Shown here one piece after another: positions 60,601-64,000 of a DNA stretch of 64,000 nucleotides; the stretch's first letter is position 1; each line of letters opens with the position of its first letter. Below the pieces are notes generated by a model, which worked only from the letters and a program-made list of their open reading frames with translations, did not search any database and was not told the DNA's origin. Source of the DNA: Fistulifera solaris. Lineage: Eukaryota. Position numbers and translations under genes: made by a program. The stretch covers positions 186,001 to 250,000 of the forward strand of contig AP026139.1 in assembly GCA_030295235.1 (NCBI GenBank). The letters are read 5' to 3'.

Positions 60601-61639
60601 AGTTGACGGGTCTCCACGACTTGGAGAAATGATCCGAGCTTGCGCTCTCGCTGAGCTTGAAGCAGCCCACAGACAGTGTGAACTGGGAAACGAGTCAGGA
60701 AGTTCCCTTTTCTTGGACGAAGTGATCTCAGAAGATTCAATACCGGCAGGGATATTTCTCCATGTTGTTGGAGAAGCCCTCGTCGTAAATGGTGTTATAA
60801 ATCCTGCTTGCATGTTTGTTCTGATGGAATGTCGACAAGCATGTCTGAGTGTCGTTGCTCATCCTTGCTCCGACCCTTTGTCCTTTGTCGATCCTCGGCC
60901 TGCTCTATTAGAAGCGTGGTTATTTTCATTGCTGGAGCTCACAAATGCTCGCGAGCAGGTTGACGAATCGATGTTGATTGAGGCGTTTGTGGCATCAATA
61001 AATTTCGTCTTCATGTCTAGTTTGGGCAAGACCGAAGATGAGCGTCGCCGCGATCCCGGAATGAGTATGGATGGACCACACAGTCTGATGATGGTAATGT
61101 TTATTGTTAAATTCCTCGAGTTAGGTCCCCATATATTAAAGACCGCTGCCGAGAGACTTGTGAATGTTATTCCCATCAACCCCTCTTCGAGCTCCGGACT
61201 CTCCGAGGCTTTGCTCTTCAATCAAGGCATGGCTATAATTGGTGCCGGGCTATTCCGTGCTGCCGAAGGAGCTTTACCACCTTGGGTTGTAGAAATGTGT
61301 CCGGAAATATACAGCAGCCTTTACGCAGCCTTGGGAAGAAATGTAAACGATTTTATACTCTTGTTCCGATGGTCAATGGAGATCCGACTGCTACCTGACG
61401 TTCCTCGTTTCGGAGGAGTTTCTCCTGGTTGCTTGCTTTCTGGTCATGCTTTCGAAAAGTTAAACGACAAGACGAAGCATGACTTCTTAAAGCAAGCGTC
61501 GGAGCTAGCCGCCAAGGACAATGTGACCAGCTGGAGACGAATGAAGGTCTTGATCAAGCAGATTAGTGGTGGCAAGAAGAAGGACACGGACTTTGGATAA
61601 AAACCATCGCTCACGCGCTGGGAGTTCCTGCGGGTATAG
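57687..61639 (+). CDS. Large HEAT/ARM alpha-solenoid protein, importin-beta/transportin-like N-terminus
   Basis: Helical Leu/Ala-rich frames; ALATLY...EAHDY...SWLAC..LL...ERLFCAQSL resembles IBN_N. In-frame introns 59212-59269 and 60461-60550, frameshifts near 58380 and 58740. First stop at 61600, next at 61639. Confidence 0.6.
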
Positions 61640-61706
61640 AATTGGGTGATAAGCTAGGCAGATTTTATGGTCAAATACTCGCTGCCGGAATAAATCATCC
61701 TATAGT

Positions 61707-62255
61707 TTATTTGAAGAAAGTAGTAGGGCGAACAGTGCTGAATGTTCGGTCGCTCAATGCCTTTTGTCCACGCTTTCCAGATGCCACACGATGAACGAGA
61801 GGGAATTTGGCGTTCTTGGCATACTGCATAGGGTTCGCGCGTTTCAAGCTGCCGGCACCAACAATTCCAGTTCGGATGATCTGAATGGAGCGAGGACGAG
61901 TGCGGTGTCGACCAGCCATCTCATCGTACAGTTGGCTGACAGCACCCGTCAAGGTAACATCACGGAATTCACGGTACATGTTGTGAGTGCCCGAGTTGGA
62001 AGAATAACGCAACCAGATGGCATAATTATTGACGATGCGTGAGTTCTTTTCGAAAATTTCTACACAGTCCAAGATTTCACCGGTGGTTTTCTTCATCTTG
62101 TGAAACTGGTGCATGTAGTACCAGAATTTCGACTTGGCGATGACGGGGTTAGTAGCAAACACAATCATACGGTACGCTTCTGGGTTGGGGTGCTCTTCCG
62201 AGGGGGCTTTGCGGCCCACCACCTGGAATTGGCGCATCTTTCCGGCGACTGTCAT
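61707..62255 (-). CDS. RPL18A: 60S ribosomal protein L18a (eL20)
   Basis: QFQVVGRKAP, FATNPVIAKSKFWY, KMKKTTGEI, NYAIWLRYSS.SGTHNMYREFRD, MAGRHR, KFPL and RPTTF. Confidence 0.97.
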   Translation of the reverse strand: MTVAGKMRQFQVVGRKAPSEEHPNPEAYRMIVFATNPVIAKSKFWYYMHQFHKMKKTTGEILDCVEIFEKNSRIVNNYAIWLRYSSNSGTHNMYREFRDVTLTGAVSQLYDEMAGRHRTRPRSIQIIRTGIVGAGSLKRANPMQYAKNAKFPLVHRVASGKRGQKALSDRTFSTVRPTTFFK

Positions 62256-62264
62256 TTTAAATTA

Positions 62265-62557
62265 CTATAGAATAAACGATAAAACGAAGAGTGAGATTAA
62301 TTAAAGCAAAGAAAATCGAAACAAGCGTCACCTCATTGTCTTTTAACTCGTCCCCGAAAATCGCACTCCGTATCTTCCTGCAATTGCTCCGGCGCATGTA
62401 AATTGTTTGCGTTACTCTATTACCATCAATCGTTTCTCTTTCCTAGCACGTTCATTTTCTTACCTTCGTTTTTATTGTTTGATTTTTGATTGCCAAGGGA
62501 TTTCCAGCAACACTGCCAACACCACGATGGAGGTGTGTTAGATGTTTCTTGGCAATC
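62265..62557 (-). promoter_or_regulatory. Probable 5'UTR intron of RPL18A (62265-62463) and upstream stem-loop (62488-62557)
   Basis: AAG|GTAAGA donor, CTCAC branch-like motif, pyrimidine tract and TAG acceptor 9 nt before the ATG. Perfect 10-bp inverted repeat GATTGCCAAG/CTTGGCAATC. Confidence 0.55.
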
Positions 62558-63130
62558 CAATTTCAAGTAACTCGGTAAAGACGGTAAAGTGCGTCTGTCC
62601 CGCTGTGTCAGGTATTCAGACACCTATTGGACGTCATCTTACTGGAACGAATTTTAGTCACGACTGACTGTGACAGCCAAAATTACGCCATCAAAAAATT
62701 GTCCAAAAAAAAGTCTAGGGAGATTCATTCGTTCGTGGCTTTCCGCAAGAGAAAAAATAGACCAAGCAAAGTCTCTACGAATGAAACTGATTATTCGAAT
62801 GAAAAATAATAAGATAAGGCTATTTGGAGGAGTTATTTTAGATCTTACTGAACAAGCGCGAGCCAATAGGCTAGAATGAAGTTTCTGTGAACCTCACCAT
62901 TTAGGATTCGATCGGTTCGAAACGACTTCTTTTTCTCGCATCAAAAAGAAGTGACAACATGAAATCACAGATAGAGAGATGTTTGTTCTTCCGTTTTGCA
63001 TCAAGCTGAATCACCTAAATGCCCCATTCGTTGATCGCAAACTGATGGGTAGAATTCTAGCTGAGGTGCGACAGGGCCAATGCGTCAATAAGCGTCTTTT
63101 AATTGTACGCCTCTATCGTCATTCAAATTT

Positions 63131-63801
63131 TTATTGTTTCTCAGCCACACTTTGTTCTTCTTTTCGATGAGAGGACGATTCGGGCTCTTCCTTCAAAGGA
63201 GCCAACACCACCTCTTCTTCCTTCGCCTTGGATGATTCTTTGCTCGATGAATCTACTTTTTCTTCTTTCTCTACAACGTCCGCATCCGATTCCCAGTCCT
63301 TGATAATCACCGACGGATCTTCCTCAATCTCTACAGTGACACCGCTTCGATTTTGTCCAAATATATGATCTTGCACTTGATCATGAATCTCGTGATGTTC
63401 GCGCTGTGCCGCTTGTTGTCTCGTTCCCAAAAACTTGCGCAACGGCATAATGTACTGTGGATCATGATCTGAATCGTCTACATCATCTTCGCGACTATCA
63501 TTTGCTACGGTGAGGGAGCCTTTGTTGGGTGGAGATGATGATTCTTCGTCCTTGCCCTGGACCACTAACCGGAGACTGTCTTGACCCCGCAATCCGGCGG
63601 GTCGAAAGGGCGGTCTGTCGGATTGTGAAGGGGTCAATACGACCGAGTTGTTCGGTAATGAGGAAGAAAACGCCATCATGAGCAAGCCGCAGGCCAGGAG
63701 AGTGTACGCGACTGGCCCGAGCCAGGGGAACGTTGCGCGACGTTGGGCGTTGGTGGCTTGCGAGAACTGAAGGGGTTTTCGGTGAACTTGTAATCCATCA
63801 T
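63131..63801 (-). CDS. Hypothetical acidic/Ser-rich disordered protein
   Basis: ATG at 63801 (MMDYKFTENPF) joins ORF 63131-63685 via a frameshift near 63690. Confidence 0.5.
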
Positions 63802-64000
63802 AGTTGTTACTTTTGAGATATGAGAAGTGATAATAATAATGAATATTGAGAGAGATGAAGCGAGATTCAATAACAAAATAATGATATTCTTATTCAATTG
63901 GGACAAGATCGGTGTGTGTGTGTTGTCGCTCGAGTGGACTTCTGCCCGCAGCGCGCTGACACGACCGCGAAGCTAAAAAGGTCTGTGGAACGACTCGCCT

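Noticed and set aside
1..64000. Mass pseudogenisation or an alternative genetic code explaining broken ORFs
   Set aside because: Breaks are frame changes rather than a recurrent in-frame stop codon, and conserved motifs are intact on both sides. This fits sequencing indels.

Overview
Gene-dense eukaryotic nuclear DNA. It is most likely from a diatom (inference): introns are short GT-AG type, intergenic regions are compact, and the presequences look like secondary-plastid signal plus transit peptides. Many genes are broken by single-base frameshifts, probably uncorrected consensus errors, so the ORF track fragments them. I reconstruct about 22 genes: a HUWE1/UPL1-type E3 ligase, MnSOD, a fatty-acid-hydroxylase-family gene with a decayed duplicate, a ~13.4-kb giant secreted beta-helix/EGF/FN3 protein gene, two head-to-head PP2Cs, RTF2, PhoD, a 2OG-Fe(II) oxygenase, a UvrB-UvrC gene, an aldo-keto-reductase-like gene, two Tyr-rich secreted proteins, a multi-cNMP AGC kinase, a TPM-RING protein, an importin-beta-like solenoid, RPL18A and several hypotheticals. 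The most notable observations are four. (1) A probable single-chain, plastid-targeted UvrB::UvrC excinuclease has lost the docking, Cys-cluster and HhH modules. (2) The giant gene sits exactly between two near-identical 474-bp direct repeats. (3) A 7-exon Tyr/Gly-rich secreted-protein gene has all introns in phase 2, a 21-nt micro-exon and an intronless neighbouring paralog. (4) The MnSOD has a hidden first exon that gives it a tripartite, thylakoid-lumen-type presequence. All family calls are by-eye motif recognition; no searches were run.
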